DNA of 64,000 nucleotides from contig CM119266.1 in the NCBI GenBank assembly GCA_051294375.1, positions 25,379,731 to 25,443,730 on the forward strand. The letters run 5' to 3'. The DNA comes from Paraspadella gotoi (taxonomy: Eukaryota > Animalia > Chaetognatha). Positions 38,547-52,467 of this stretch are shown here, in pieces. The notes under the pieces are model-generated. The model did no database searches, was not told the origin of the DNA, and was given only the letters and a program-made list of their open reading frames with translations. The position numbers and the translations under genes are program-made. The stretch's first letter is position 1, and every line of letters starts with the position of its first letter.

Positions 38547-38711
38547 TCTGCCTCAGCTCCATCTACACCGTGCTGTTCATCACCATAGATCGATTCTGCT
38601 CCATCTACATTCCCGCTAAATACAGAAACTGGAGATCGGAGACAAAAGTGCAGATCATGGTCGCCGCAACTTGGGTCATTCCGATCGCATTGTTCTTCAC
38701 CTCGATCATAG
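38547..38711 (+). CDS. mAChR-B: mAChR-B TM3-ICL2-TM4 exon, intact (VCLSSIYTVLFITIDRFCSIYIPAKYRNWRSETKVQIMVAATWVIPIALFFTSIIG)
   Basis: DRF motif, PxxYR in ICL2, TM4 Trp; 165 nt, phase 1-1, canonical splice sites. Confidence 0.93.
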
Positions 38712-39683
38712 GTGATTTAATTAATGGACGAATGAATGAACGATTCAATTAGTTATCTAATAACATCATTTATTTATTTACCTCAATGATACATTAAGTA
38801 ATGAAAAAAAATAAATGAACGACTGATGAAATATGCTTGTAACATCAAAATACTTTGTGCAATGAAAATTAACGATAACTCGGATCAAAAAAACTGTAAC
38901 CAAAGATAAAATTACTGAATACGCACAATAATACCACATACTAATTTTATTAACGAAATGATGTAAAAAAAAACAAAATAAATAATACAATTTGACGATA
39001 ATTCAATTTGACGAATGAGTTCGACGCCAAAAAAAAAAAAAAAACTTTCGACCAAAACTCATAATTCATAATGAAATGGGAAAAAATTCCTTTGTTTTCC
39101 ATCGAAACTTTGCCCAACACTCGCGACCACAAAAAAAATGAAAAAAAGAACTAACGAGTTATTAATGTTGTTTCCCAATTTTTTCGCCATCACATCGATC
39201 TACCTTCACAGTTCACGGTTCACTTCCGTTTCACCCATTCATTTCTTTCATTCCGACTGAGCTTCGATTTTTTTTTTATCCAACTTTGCTCATTTTTTCT
39301 CTTCAATCTTTCATCAGTTTCTTATCCTTATTCTCTTTATTCATTTCGAGAAAACATTTCCTCTTCCCCACCTTTTCTCTCCTTTCTTCCTCCGCCTATG
39401 TAGAATCCTAACGGGAGTTTTGTTAATTCGTTAATTCGAAATTCCATCAAAATGTCGAGGCTCTAAAAAAAAATGTGTCCATGGACAAACTAATCAAAAA
39501 TCGAATAATAATTATAGACGTTATAACTACATTTAAAGCAAAACATATGTATATGTCGTTGTATAAGAACAGACTAAAGTTTTTGTAACACAACCTATAC
39601 CGCCTACACACTTGCACGCCATAATAAATTATGGAAACGTCAAGGACAATCAACATAAAATAATCTGACAAAAGAACAATCTT

Positions 39684-39720
<37 letters not shown>

Positions 39721-39748
39721 ATGATCATCATCACCCTATTCTTCTCAC

Positions 39749-40084
39749 GTCCGTCATATTGAGAAGATATTCCTTTTCCCCCAAAAGTTTCCATTCAAAC
39801 GCCATCGATTCCATCGAGTCAGGATAATTCAGCGGATAACCGTCTTCGTCGACGCCGGCGCCATCGCTGCCGTTGACGGCGCCGACCGTCGAGTTTCCTG
39901 CGCCGAGACGCCGCCGATCCGGCGTCCACGTGACGAGAGTGTTGCCGAGATAGAGGAAGACGTTGGTGAATCCGACGAAGGCGTGGAGGAAGAAGATGCC
40001 GAGCGGGAACCAACCGCAAAGGCCGTAGTCGATGTAGAGGCTGTCCAGGTAGGCGCCGCCGCCGCCGCCGCCGCCGCCCGCCAT
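39749..40084 (-). CDS. SLC22 coding exon 1, copy 2, intact (MAGGGGGGGGAYLDSLYIDYGLCGWFPLGIFFL...MAFEWKLLGEKEYLLNMTD)
   Basis: 336-nt open frame; GxxGxF-like N-terminal motif, TM1, sequons NST/NGS/NMT, EWxL motif; phase-0 donor. Confidence 0.82.
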
Positions 40085-40513
40085 GGCGTATGTCTGATGC
40101 GGAAAAAAGGGGCTGAGGTTGTTGTCGGTCGGAGGAAGACTTAGTCGGTCATTGGCGAACTGAGGTTTTGCGTTGTTGAATTTATTTCAGTTTTATAATA
40201 TTTGGTTTTTGGTTTTTCGCTGAGACTGTGTGTGTGGATAGAAAATGAATCTATTAAATTTTTAAAAAATATTCTAATTCTTTGATAAATTCAATATATA
40301 TTTTATTTTTGAGCTTGGATAGTCACGAAATCGATAGCAGGAACTATCAGCAAAATAAATCGACTCCGGTCGGTGTCCTATAACATTCATTGTATAAACC
40401 ATTGTTTTGAATTCGGTGTCGTTTTCCTTCGATGTTTTCGTCGAAACGCGAGAAATAAAAAAAGTTTTCTGGTCTCCGTGGATTAAATTTTTCCGATTTT
40501 GGGTCGAAACTCG

Positions 40514-40626
<113 letters not shown>

Positions 40627-40736
40627 GTTTTTTGTATTTTTTTGTTTCGACCACTTGTTATGCTGAATTAGGAATGTGAAACCCTATAAACCCTCTACAG
40701 TATACACCGAAATCACAAAAACTAGGCAAAGTCAAT

Positions 40737-40836
<100 letters not shown>

Positions 40837-41883
40837 GCACGTCAGAATTGGGTTTAACTTCAAAGTTTGCAACATTTAACGCTTTGTCCCCTTGCAGCTC
40901 TCAGTTTGCTCTTGAAACTTGATTAAAATTCAGTTTTCCCGTTTGTCGTCTTCACATTTGTATATTTTGTACATAAAGCTCTTCGTAATGTTCTTAGCTT
41001 ATTTCTTCTTTTATGTTTACCATCTGTAAGTATTTGTAGACATATTTCGTACGTTTTCCGCCACTTTCGGTCATTCGTTCAGACTTTGTGTTTCAGCAAT
41101 TCGTTCTGGAATGTGTGTCCTTTCGATTCTCGCAATTCAATTAAATTTGCGAGGAAACAATTCGCCTCCAAATCCGAATACAGAAACGGCTGAGTCAATT
41201 GAAACGACAAATCGTCTACTAATAAGTGTAGCTTAAATTATACATTATACAATCATACATAAAAATCAAATAATGAAGGCGAGAAGATAAAAAAACTGAA
41301 GTGAATGTAATGAGAAAGTAAGTGGAATTTGAGGGCTAAGTGAAATTTGGTTCTCAAAGCTCGAGTGAAGTTGAAGTGATAGTGAAATTAATTGTTAAGT
41401 GAGCGGAAAATATATCGTGAAGTGAGCGACGTGTGAATCGAGATGAGGAAATCGTCCTAGACTTGAATGGCCAATTCGCGTTGGCCATTTCACGAGGAGG
41501 TATAAATAAAGACAATAAGTTTTTTTTTATGTGAAACCCAAAATAATATCAATACATTTTCATTCTTGATTATATTGACTGTGAATCAAAAAAACCAAAA
41601 AGAAAACAATAATTTTTATAAAATTAAACTGGGCGCTTTTTCGTTTTCAATTTCGGATACAAGAATTACTCTAAATCCAAAAATCGCCGACCCCAATGAC
41701 CTTCGTACGGATCCATTTTTTGACCCCGATCACCCCGACGAGGTCACGAGGTCAAATCGTGGTTTAATATTCGTTATTCTTTATCGATTTCCTTTATATT
41801 TAGCTTTTTTTTTAATGAAAAAAAAAATATTCAAGTTGAAAAAAGGACAAAAATCGATACACCCGGAGAAACGAGAGAGAGAG

Positions 41884-41960
<77 letters not shown>

Positions 41961-42301
41961 CAGAGAGAGAGAGACGAGACGCGCTTTTACGAACTTTCAC
42001 ATGACGTTTGATCGATCGTGAAATCTCAACCATTTTGATCGACTTTTCGTAATATCATTGTTAATATATATTGATATTCAAACACCATTTGTCAACAATT
42101 ACTTCAGACAATTGCCGGACTGCGCAATGTTCCGCTCGAAAAGGTAACCAACCGAAACTGCCGAAAATTTTCGCGCAGAAATTGAGATTTGTTTTCGTGT
42201 GACTTCCTCTCTAAAACCATTAACTTTATGCGTTAACGCCTTTATTGCTGCGTTTCATAACTCAGAAACGTCTTCCAAGTGACAAAGTCATAATTATGAA
42301 A

Positions 42302-42344
<43 letters not shown>

Positions 42345-43699
42345 TCCTCTCTCTCTCTCTCTCCTCTCATCTCTCTCTCTTCTCTCTCTCTCTTTCCAAT
42401 TTTCCTCTTCTCATTAAAGCGGCTGAGTAATTTCACGCTACAAATGCTTTTTCACAATCTTTTTTTTTTTCTTTTTCATCTTTCTTCAAAAAGCAGGAAA
42501 TAAAAACATATCGAAAAAAACTTGGCTAATTTTAAAAGACAAAACCTTAGGCTAAAAGTCTTGATTTGTTTTTTTTTTTTTTTCTTATTATTTTTTTGTT
42601 TCGTTTCGTTTTGTTTTTCTTCCCACCAGAAAGACTCCAGTTTCGATTCGCGAGAAAAAACTTCGACGAAAGTTGATCTTTTCGTCGCCTAAAAAAAAAT
42701 GCGAAGTTTCGAGACGAATTCGTCGCCTTCGTCGTCGCTTTCGTCGTCCTTCGGTCGTCGCCTCGTCGCGGGAAGGCGGCCGAACTTGAGCCGATTTCCT
42801 CCTCGTTACTTTTTTTTTTTTAAACGGGAATTGCTAGGGTTTTATTTATTCTCACGTTCGTTCTGACTCATCGTCGTCGTTGATATCGTCGTCGTCGTTT
42901 GCGTGCGGTAATGGCGATATAATTCGTCGTCGTCGCCGTCGATGGTCGTCGTCGTCGTCGTCGCCGTCGCGAGATGATTCATCGACGACCGGGATCGAAC
43001 CTGCGTCCGCTTCCGGTTCCAGGCGGCGCCGATGACGTTCTCTGCCGAGCCGATGACGAACCCTGCGCGCCGATGGGAACCCCGTCGCGCTGACGCATGC
43101 ATCAGGCCGAAGTAGGAGACGGCGATGTGGATAAAAAAACCGGTCAGTCGATAAATTAACTTTTACATTTTGCATTACGTTCTGTAAAGTCCAAGCTAAC
43201 CAATTCGCACTAGTTAGTCGGAATTTTTAATTAAAATCGGACGGAAATTTTGGATTTTTTCGAAAACTGACGCCGCGGTTTACTTTTTTGCACAAAAAGA
43301 ACCCTGAGCGTGAGGCGGGTTTTCCGATGCTCGTTTTGAAGACGTTATTCACAGTTACTGATGATGATATAGTTACTGATAGTGATATGTTAATGGCGAT
43401 TGATCCACTCTAATTTCTCAATTCTTTGAGTTGGTAAAACTAGAAAAAAACAGGAGAGTGAGAATGCACTTTCTAAACTTTCACTGAGCTGAATATTTCC
43501 TAAATCGTCTTTCGTTACTCCGTAGTTTTAAAGACGTTGTTATGGAAACCAGAAGAGATAAAAATAAAATGCCAACGACGACGACGACGACAATCAACAA
43601 ACATCGAAAACAACAACAACAACAACAACTCGGCGAGACCGCGATAACGCCAACGCTTAATAAAAGCCTCAGCCGGGGCTGCGGGATGTATTACCTTTG

Positions 43700-43779
<80 letters not shown>

Positions 43780-44120
43780 CTCTCTACTCTCTCTCTCTCT
43801 CGCCCGACGCGAAAAGATGAATGTATTTCCCAGACGCCAACAAAACAATAATAATATTTTATCGGAAAAATGGAAGAGAGGAAGTCGAGAGGAAAAAAAG
43901 TCTGGACGATGGAAGGTTGCTCTTTTTTTTTCTTTTTATTGGAGGGGGCGTAGAAGGAGGAAAGGGAAATAGAGGGCGCGTCGGGCGGACGGGAAAATTG
44001 CCGAGTCTTTAAAATGCCAATTAGCTTTATATGTTTTATCGCGCGGCGTTTCGCTCGTAGCGCCCTCGGTGCCCGGCGCGTGGAATTTATTAAAAACTTA
44101 ACAAAAGTAGTTTATCTTCA

Positions 44121-44168
<48 letters not shown>

Positions 44169-44362
44169 TCTCTTCTCTCTTCATCTCTCTCTCTCTCACT
44201 AATCTTTCTAATAGATTCTCACTCAATCTTCTGTCATCCAGTTAACAATGATGAATCCAGAAAAATTCACATAATTGATTTCGAGGAAGAAAAGGAAAAA
44301 GGAGAAGAGATAGAGAATTGAGATATCGAGAGAAAGAGAGAGAAAGAGAGAGGTAGAATTGA

Positions 44363-44429
<67 letters not shown>

Positions 44430-44583
44430 GAAAGTCAGTCCGGAATCCATCGCGAACGGACCGACAGATGCTTGGCTTTTTCGACGTTAAAGTTATTAAT
44501 TAACAGCAATTTTTACTTTACTCTTTAGTTCCTTCTATGATTCTTCAATAAGTGAATTATACGAATTGTAATTTTAATTTTAG

Positions 44584-44672
44584 GCGGAAACCTCATCGTC
44601 ATGTTGTCTTTCCTCATCGATCCTCAATCCGACAACCCACCAACTACTTCATATTTTCCCTGTCTATTTCTG
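44584..44672 (+). CDS. mAChR-B: mAChR-B TM1-TM2 exon, copy 2 (1-nt deletion, damaged donor)
   Basis: Duplicate of 63031-63120. Confidence 0.7.
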
Positions 44673-44679
44673 GAGAGGC

Positions 44680-44756
<77 letters not shown>

Positions 44757-44852
44757 GAAATAATTTACCCAATAAATTTTTTTTAAAAATTCCTTTTTTT
44801 TAATTCTTTATTTTCCATATTATCCTGCATCACCCTGTATCTTATTCGACAG

Positions 44853-44961
44853 ACTTTTTGATCGGATTTTTTCTCGATGCCTTTCTTCACCCTGTATCTC
44901 CTCAACGAATCCTGGCCCTGGATGGATCCTCTGCGATCTTTGCTTTCTCTCGATTACACGG
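44853..44961 (+). CDS. mAChR-B: mAChR-B TM2-TM3 exon, copy 2 (2 nt missing)
   Basis: Duplicate of 63282-63392. Confidence 0.72.
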
Positions 44962-45541
44962 GTAAGGACTTAGGAGAGAGTTAGGACTCGGGATTCGAGG
45001 TTGAAACCTCCCTCTCCGGGTTAAACCCAAGTGCTCGGAGGCCGGCGATCGTTTTTGATCTCGGTAAGTCGAGGTTAAAAACCTTAAATCCTCACCGTAC
45101 AGACATCCGGAGTTTTTTTTCATTTTTTTTTCTTTTTCTTTTATTTCTAAAAATAAAAAGTTACCATATGAAATTGGTACAACCAGTATAAATTATCCAT
45201 TCATTTCATAAACAAGCTATCTTGCTGCTGACTTTGGACAGGCTATGGCGGCGACCTCCATCACTATTAAAAGATAATGACATAGCGGGTCCCTGCAGGT
45301 TTTCAATCAAGACTCTCTTCCAGTCTCATTTATTCCCGCATAGAGTATCTGGGTTCCTTATCAATGAAGTGGTATATATTTCAAAGAATGTTTCAATTGT
45401 AAAAAATGACCCTCCCTGTAATTCGAAATATATGTTTTTTTTTTTTTTTAGGAAACTATGATATTTTCCTCTTACGGCTAAAGCTTCCCCTCCTCTTCCT
45501 CTTCCTCTTCCTCTTCCCCTCTTCTTCCTCTTCCTCCCCAG

Positions 45542-45705
45542 TCTGCCTCAGCTCCATCTACACCGTGCTTTTCATCACCATAGATCGATTCTGCTCCATC
45601 TACATTCCCGCTAAATACAGAACTGGAGATCGGAGACAAAAGTGCAGATCATGGTCGCCGCAACTTGGGTCATTCCGATCGCATTGTTCTTCACCTCGAT
45701 CATAG
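45542..45705 (+). CDS. mAChR-B: mAChR-B TM3-TM4 exon, copy 2 (1 nt missing)
   Basis: Duplicate of 38547-38711. Confidence 0.75.
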
Positions 45706-46992
45706 GTGATTTAATTAAGGAAGATGAATGAACGATTCAATTAGTTATCTAATAACATCATTTATTTATTACCTCAATGATACATTAAGTAATGAAAAAA
45801 ATAAATGAACGACTGAATGAAAATATGCTTGTAACATCAAAATACTTTGTCAATGAAAATTAACGATAACTCGGATCAAAAAAACTGTAACCAAAGATAA
45901 AATTACTGAATACGCACAATAATACCAACACTAATTTTATTAACGGAAATGATGTAAAAAAAAACAAAATAAAATACAATTGACGATAATTCAATTTGAC
46001 GAATGAGTTCGACGCCAAAAAAAAAAAAAAAACTTTCGACCAAAACTCATAATTCATAATGAAATGGGAAAAAAATTCCTTTGTTTTCCATCGAAAACTT
46101 TGCCCAACACTCGCGACCACAAAAAAAATGAAAAAAAAAGACTAACGAGTTATTAATGTTGTTTTCCCAATTTTTTCGCCATCACCATCGATCTACCTTC
46201 ACAGTTCACGGTTCACTTCCGTTCACCCATTCATTTCTTTCATTCGACTGAGCTTCGATTTTTTTTTATCCAACTTTGCTCATTTTTTCTCTTCAATCTT
46301 TCATCAGTTCCTTATCCTTATTCTCTTTATTCATTTCGAGAAAACATTTCCTCTTCCCCACTTTTTCTCTCCTTTCTTCCTCCGCCGAATCCTAACGGGA
46401 GTTTTGTTAATTCGTTAATTCGAAATTCCATCAAAATGTCGAGGCTCTAAAAAAAAATGGGTCCATGGACAAACTAATCAAAATTCGAATAATAATTATA
46501 GACGTTATAACTACATTTAAAGCAAAACATATGTATATGTCGTTGTATAAGAACAGACTAAAGTTTTTGTAACACAACTATACCGCCTACACATTGCACG
46601 CCATAATAAATTATGGAAACGTCAAGGACAATCAACATAAAATAATCTGACAAAAGAACATCGCGCCAGCAGAAAAAGAGAGCGAAAAAGTGAGCGAAAC
46701 TGGGACGTCCAAACGATACCGTGTCAATTACAGATCTTTTTTTACATCAACTTTTCTTTCCTTATCTTTTACATTTCCCTTTAAATTTCTCTTCCCTCGA
46801 CTGTTCTTCCTTTCCTTTACTGTCTCCGTTCTTTCTTTTTTTCTTTTTCATTTCCATTTTCTTTCTCTATACTCCCCAGTCCCCATTTTCTTTCTTTTCT
46901 TTCCTGTCTCCTTTTCACTCAAACCTCCTTATTCCCCACCCCCCCCGTCCCGTCGCCCCAACGCCCCGCCCCCCCTACTCCCGCAACAACAG

Positions 46993-47237
46993 GTTGGCAA
47001 TTCTTCGTGGGCGAACGAACCGTTCCGCCGGACGCGTGCTACGTTCAGTTCATGGAGAGCCCCATGTTCAACACGATCCTCGTCATCTGTTACTTTTGGT
47101 CGACGCTCGTCGTCATCTGCATCCTCTACACGGCATCTACCGCATCGCCTCGCAGCTGCAGCGCAAGTCGGAGGCCAAGCACAAGCGGATGACGGGACTC
47201 GTGGCCATGGCAGGGAATACGGTCACCCAGATGGCGG
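46993..47237 (+). CDS. mAChR-B: mAChR-B ECL2-TM5-ICL3 start exon ([82 protein letters not shown]); one base missing near 47131
   Basis: Muscarinic WQxFVGxRTVPxxxCxxQF motif; cag| acceptor and G|gtaag donor. Confidence 0.92.
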
Positions 47238-50200
47238 GTAAGGGAAAAGAGGGTGGGGTAGGGGTTGTGGCGAGGCGAGGATAAGGCAGAGAAGATGGTT
47301 GGATCTTTGGAGGGAAGAATGGTTTTAGGTGGCCGAGTTTTGGAATAGACGGGTAAAGATATACCTTTGGATGGACGCTTGGCGTGGGAGTGTAGAAATA
47401 TCGTTAAGGGAAAAAGTGGTATGATTTAGCTGTGGTATGCAATACGACATTCGCCCAGAAGCGAGTTAAGGAAGATGGGGATAAATGCGTGCAGGGTTAT
47501 GTCTTGCTGTCACCCGATGAAAAAAAATAGGGGCGAGGTTAGGGGCGGAGACGTAGGAAAAAAATAAAATAAATAAATAATACGAAGGTAAGAAAGAAAT
47601 CCAGGGTTGGCAAAACCGTTAAATCGTCTCTCCGCGGGAAGGAAAGTAATTAGTGGTTTTTAGTTCGTTTCGATATTTGCTTTCCCAATTTCTGATTTAA
47701 AAAAAAACGGGGAGGAAGAAAAACTGTTTTAAAAAAAAAAACAGCGTTTTTTTTAATTTTTCACCCGACAACTCGTTTCTGGATTGAATACTAAATCTTT
47801 CGAGAAAAAGGAAGAAGGAAGGTGGGAGGAAAAGGAGAGGAAGAGATCCCACAGAAAAGAAGAAAGTCAGAAGGTAAGGAAAGTGGAAAAGAAAGAGAAG
47901 AAAAAAAAAAAGAGATAAATGTGAGAAGCGCACGCGGTTCCGTCCTCAGTCCTCGGTCCCCACCTCTTCCTTTTTTAACGAATTCGCACCTCGAATTAAT
48001 TTTCTCGTCTGACAAATAATTTGAAACCGATAATCGTTTTTTTTTTCCCCTATTTCTCCTGATTATTTTCTCATCCAATTTTTTTCTTGTCCCGAGATTT
48101 GGAGGCCGAAGAGGAAAAAGAGGCATTTGAGAAGAAAAAAAAAGAGCTGAAAATGCGGAGGTGATGGGGCGAAGGTGGGGCGCGGAGGGGGGGATAAACG
48201 AGGCTGCCCGGGTGAGGTTTAGTGGGTTAGGTCGTCGACTGAAAGGGTGAGCGAAGATTAAACGTGAGGTGAGTGTAGATGTTGAATTATAGTAAAGGAG
48301 AGTATATGGTAATTGCTTAGTGAAGGTAATAAACGTGAAAAGTAAATTTTAGGAACGACTCACTTTCGGATGAAAGTATATTCGGATACTGTATACTGGA
48401 TACAGTGTATACATTAGTTACATTACATTATATTATACTGTATACATGCTTCATGCTTGAGTGAGTAAGTACAACGAGGTCGTTGCCCCATTTCCTCCTC
48501 CTCGCAGAAAGGATAAAAGTCAAACGTGAAGATTCTGTGAAACGCTGAAACTCGTGAAAGGGGAAAACTCTTTGTTGAAAGGGTTTTTTCGAGGGAGATG
48601 GTGTGAATGAATGCCGGGAAATGTGAGGATTTCAATGTGTTTATATCTGGTTTTTTCAAAAGGTTACAGTTGCCTGTTGGACAGAGAGAACTGTTGCACA
48701 ATCTCCATCCAAGGAAATATGTTTTACTTGATTAAAAAAGTTTCTTCACACAGGAATCTTTATTCAACCAGGACCTTTTAACGATTTTGAATTACGCTTA
48801 AAAGTTGAGCTTTAATTCGAGTCAGGCTTTGATGTTCTCCGAGAAAATTGTTAGTAGTAATAGTAATAACTTTTTTTATGGGATTTTTTAGTAATTAAGA
48901 GAGAGAAAGGAGGGTGGCGTATTTTTCGCTCTCGCCGCCTTGTCTCTTTTTACGCGAAGACGATTCTCAAACGATTTTGTGAAAGGAATTTCAACGACGA
49001 TGATGACGAACGACGTAGACGAAGATGGCAATTATTTCATGATATTCAACGCAAATTTTTGGCCGCTTTGGGCATTTTTAGTTTAAGCCGTCGAGACAGG
49101 GTTGAATGAGCATGGAGGGAGTCCTGGATGGCGAGAGGGGATTTTCAAAAAAATCCTTTACTAGTATTAACTTGACTTTTACAAGACGAAAAATGGTTGA
49201 GAGTTTTCAACAAGCGGAGGATATCAATGGTGGATATTTGCGATGAGGCCTTTATCATTGATTTCCTCAAAGAAGTTGCGCGATGGAGAGTCGCTCGACC
49301 CGGCTGGAGCAGCCCCTTGGAACCCGCGCATGAGAGACGGAGAAGCGGGGGTCGGTGGGCGATTGGCCGGTGTCGAGAAGCAAGGGCGGTAACCTTGGAG
49401 ACGCAGATCCTAATGGGAGGCGGAATAAGAAAGGAAGGAGGCGGGGAATCTGGAAATGGGAGCGGTGGTGGTAGTTTGTGGAGCCGAAGGGTGTTAGTGG
49501 TGAAGAGATTTTTGAAGAAAGAAAAATAATAAAGGTGGAGACTCAATACTCAAGAGGAGTGACGGAAATGATTTAGAAAACGATAAATAAAGAAGATGAC
49601 GACGTCGGCGCCGATAAAAATGACGACTGCCGCTGCGACGAAGAAAATTGCGGCGACGAAGAATATTGCGGCGAGAGTGACAAGATGACGACCGAAAGGA
49701 ACGAGGAAACCCGAAGCTTATAACTTTTAATAGAAAATGTGTCGAAATTGTTAATGTATAAACGTTTATAACGACTTGGCACAGTATTTATCTTCCATTG
49801 AACAAATTATTTTCTGTAACACTCCGCTAATCTTGGCATTGATCGAGAAACTAATCATCAGGGACAAACATTAGTAATAACGATATCAAATTCTTAGATC
49901 TCGGAGGACGACAAAGGAGATCAAAGTCTTGAACGCGCCAACGTTCGACATTATATTTGTCAAGTTTCGAAGCGAAAAGGAATGAGGAGCGTAGCAGTTT
50001 AGCGGAAATGAATTAAACATTATAAACTGCCTTGCTTATGATTTCAATATTTCATTTAACAAAGAAGTGAGTTCGTGGGGAATGTGCCATAATTTGCGAC
50101 AGTCAGACGGTGAATTACTGGTTTTTTTTTTGTTTTTTTGTTTTTTGTATTGCTAAAATGTTTTTGAACAAATATCAAGAATACCCATTACAGAAAAATA

Positions 50201-52200
50201 GTGTATAACCGTTTTACAATATTACGTTAGTGCCTAATTTTGAATACAAGCGAGTTTCCAGCGTCGCAATTCATTTCCAGACAAAAGCCTAAATGAAAAA
50301 TTCCATAATTTCTCCCAACTCGGAATTTTGAGTCCAATATTTAGTCCATTAATATTAATCAATTCTCTCAGTACAAAAAAACAGTCATCCATCACCCAGC
50401 GTCAGAAAGCGCGAAAAGTCTCCAGACGATTCGCAGCAAAGTCTTCTCGTTTCGGCTTCTGGCGGAATTTTTTAAAACATTTTTCTTTCTTTTTTTATTT
50501 GAAAAAAAAAAAGTGATAGGACTTAAAAGTCCGATGCGGGCCAAAACTCAAGGTAATTAATTTTCTCTCGCATTAGGAGTCAGACCTCCAAGTATCTTCT
50601 AGATGATTTTTTTTTTAATCCGAAGTTTTCTTTTTTTTAATTTTTTATATTTAATAATCCAACGTTCTTTCCTCTCCGCTTTCGCTTTAGCAACTATATA
50701 TTGAAAAATAAGACCCGCCGCGAGTCTTAAGACCCAAGGTTTTATTTTTTAATATACTCTCGAATACGCATAACACTCTCTCTCTCTCTCTCGCTCTCTT
50801 AGACACTGTTCGTAACGGGACGAAACAAGAAATATATTATATCGAAATATATTAATATATTTTTATTCCTTCAATGTTGAACACCGCTTTTTTAAATTCA
50901 CCTCTTTTTTCTCTTTTCAGTTTGACACCGGGAAAAAAACAAGAAAGATTTCTATCATGAAATCTTTTTAATAAAATATATATTTTTTAATGAATCTAGA
51001 ATCGTCTCACGATGGTTTTTTTTTTTTTTTTTAATACACGACTAATAACGCTGTTTTAGATTCTAAGATGATACGAGTAAATATCATCCATCCAGTATGT
51101 AATGTTAAGTACTCAAAAGTTTCTGAATTCATAGACATACAACTTAAAAACCTTGAAGCGGTATTTTCTTAGAATCTAATTTCAAAGCTTTCCCCGTTCC
51201 AACTGGGAAAACAAGAATTGAAAAAGTTTGAATAAATGTTGGATAGAATTCACCACAGTCGTTGCACACTTGTAAGATTAAAGTAGGTTGTATTTTGTAA
51301 AAGACACGCACCCCTCTCTCCGAAAACGGGAAAATTTCATGACAATTTAAACAAAAATACTCAAATATTCCGAAATAAAGCGAGTAAAAGAAGAAAAAAA
51401 AATTCCCTTTTGAAATTCCTTCATTTTTCTCGTTGATTTTTTATTTTTGTATCAAACTTTTTTTTTATTTTTTTAGTTTTATTTCATTTGAAAGCTTCCC
51501 CTGTTCTTTTTTCGCTTTAATCCGAGGAAATAAACCAGCCATAAAAGTCGCGATAAAGCGAAATTGTCGTAAAACGGGAAATTTACGTTTCGCTCTCCCT
51601 TTTTTCGCGGTATTACACGTATTCTTTTATTTTTCATTCCTTTTTATTGCGTTAACTCCTTTTCTCGCATTTGTTTGTTTGTTTGTTTTTTCTTTCTCGA
51701 GACGGGGCTCGCGCAATGGCTGGAATTTCCTTTCAAAAGCGAAATAAGAAAAAAGAAGGGAAGCGTCGAAAAAATTTATTTTGAATAAACAAAAAACTGA
51801 GAACAATCGAATCAAAATGTTAATAGAATTAGTCTGTATACAATATCTACAGCTTAATCAATTCCCACTTTTCATTTGTTTGTTTACTCGGAATAATCTC
51901 ATACACTCATCCGAATCGCCTCGTTTTCGAATTGCAGCAACAGGAGAATTAAAAGAAATCTGGAAAAAAAAATTTCATAATGTTAACAATGCCTGCTTCT
52001 CTCGCCATTGTTTGGCTAATTCGAAACGACATAGAATAACTAATATAAACAAATGAATTATAGGAAAAAAAAAAAGATTTATTTCAACTCGGGGAGATTA
52101 AAGGAGTACGAACTTTCCAAATTTAACCGCGCCATAGAAAAATAAAAATTAACCCTCCTTTAACTCAGCCTCCCTTACCTTCGTCGTCCCCTTCAACCAG

Positions 52201-52418
52201 GCGGCGGAACTTCGATCCGGCGAACCAAGGATCAACTGGAGCCTTGCAGCAACACGCAGAAACTCCCGCAGCAGCAGACGGAGCCGACGAACGCGACGAC
52301 GATACTCAGCGGCGACGGGACGAACGACGATATCCGCGGACGACGACGGTCGTCCATCGAGAAGGAGACGAACAAAAAGGCGAACAACAACCGGAACGCG
52401 ACGACGACGATAAAAAGA
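52201..52418 (+). CDS. mAChR-B: Probable mAChR-B ICL3 exon, cut off by a gap (GGGTSIRRTKDQLEPCSNTQKLPQQQTEPTNATT...RRRSSIEKE...)
   Basis: Pyrimidine tract and CAG| at 52200; open in phase 1, matching the 47237 donor; hydrophilic; runs into Ns. Confidence 0.65.
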
Positions 52419-52467
52419 NNNNNNNNNNNNNNNNNNNNNNNNNCACCATCCACTTCCTCCTTCTTCG

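Noticed and set aside
49145-49546. GC-balanced 110-133 aa ORFs in the receptor intron
   Set aside because: No recognisable motif or flanking splice signals; possibly a repeat relic
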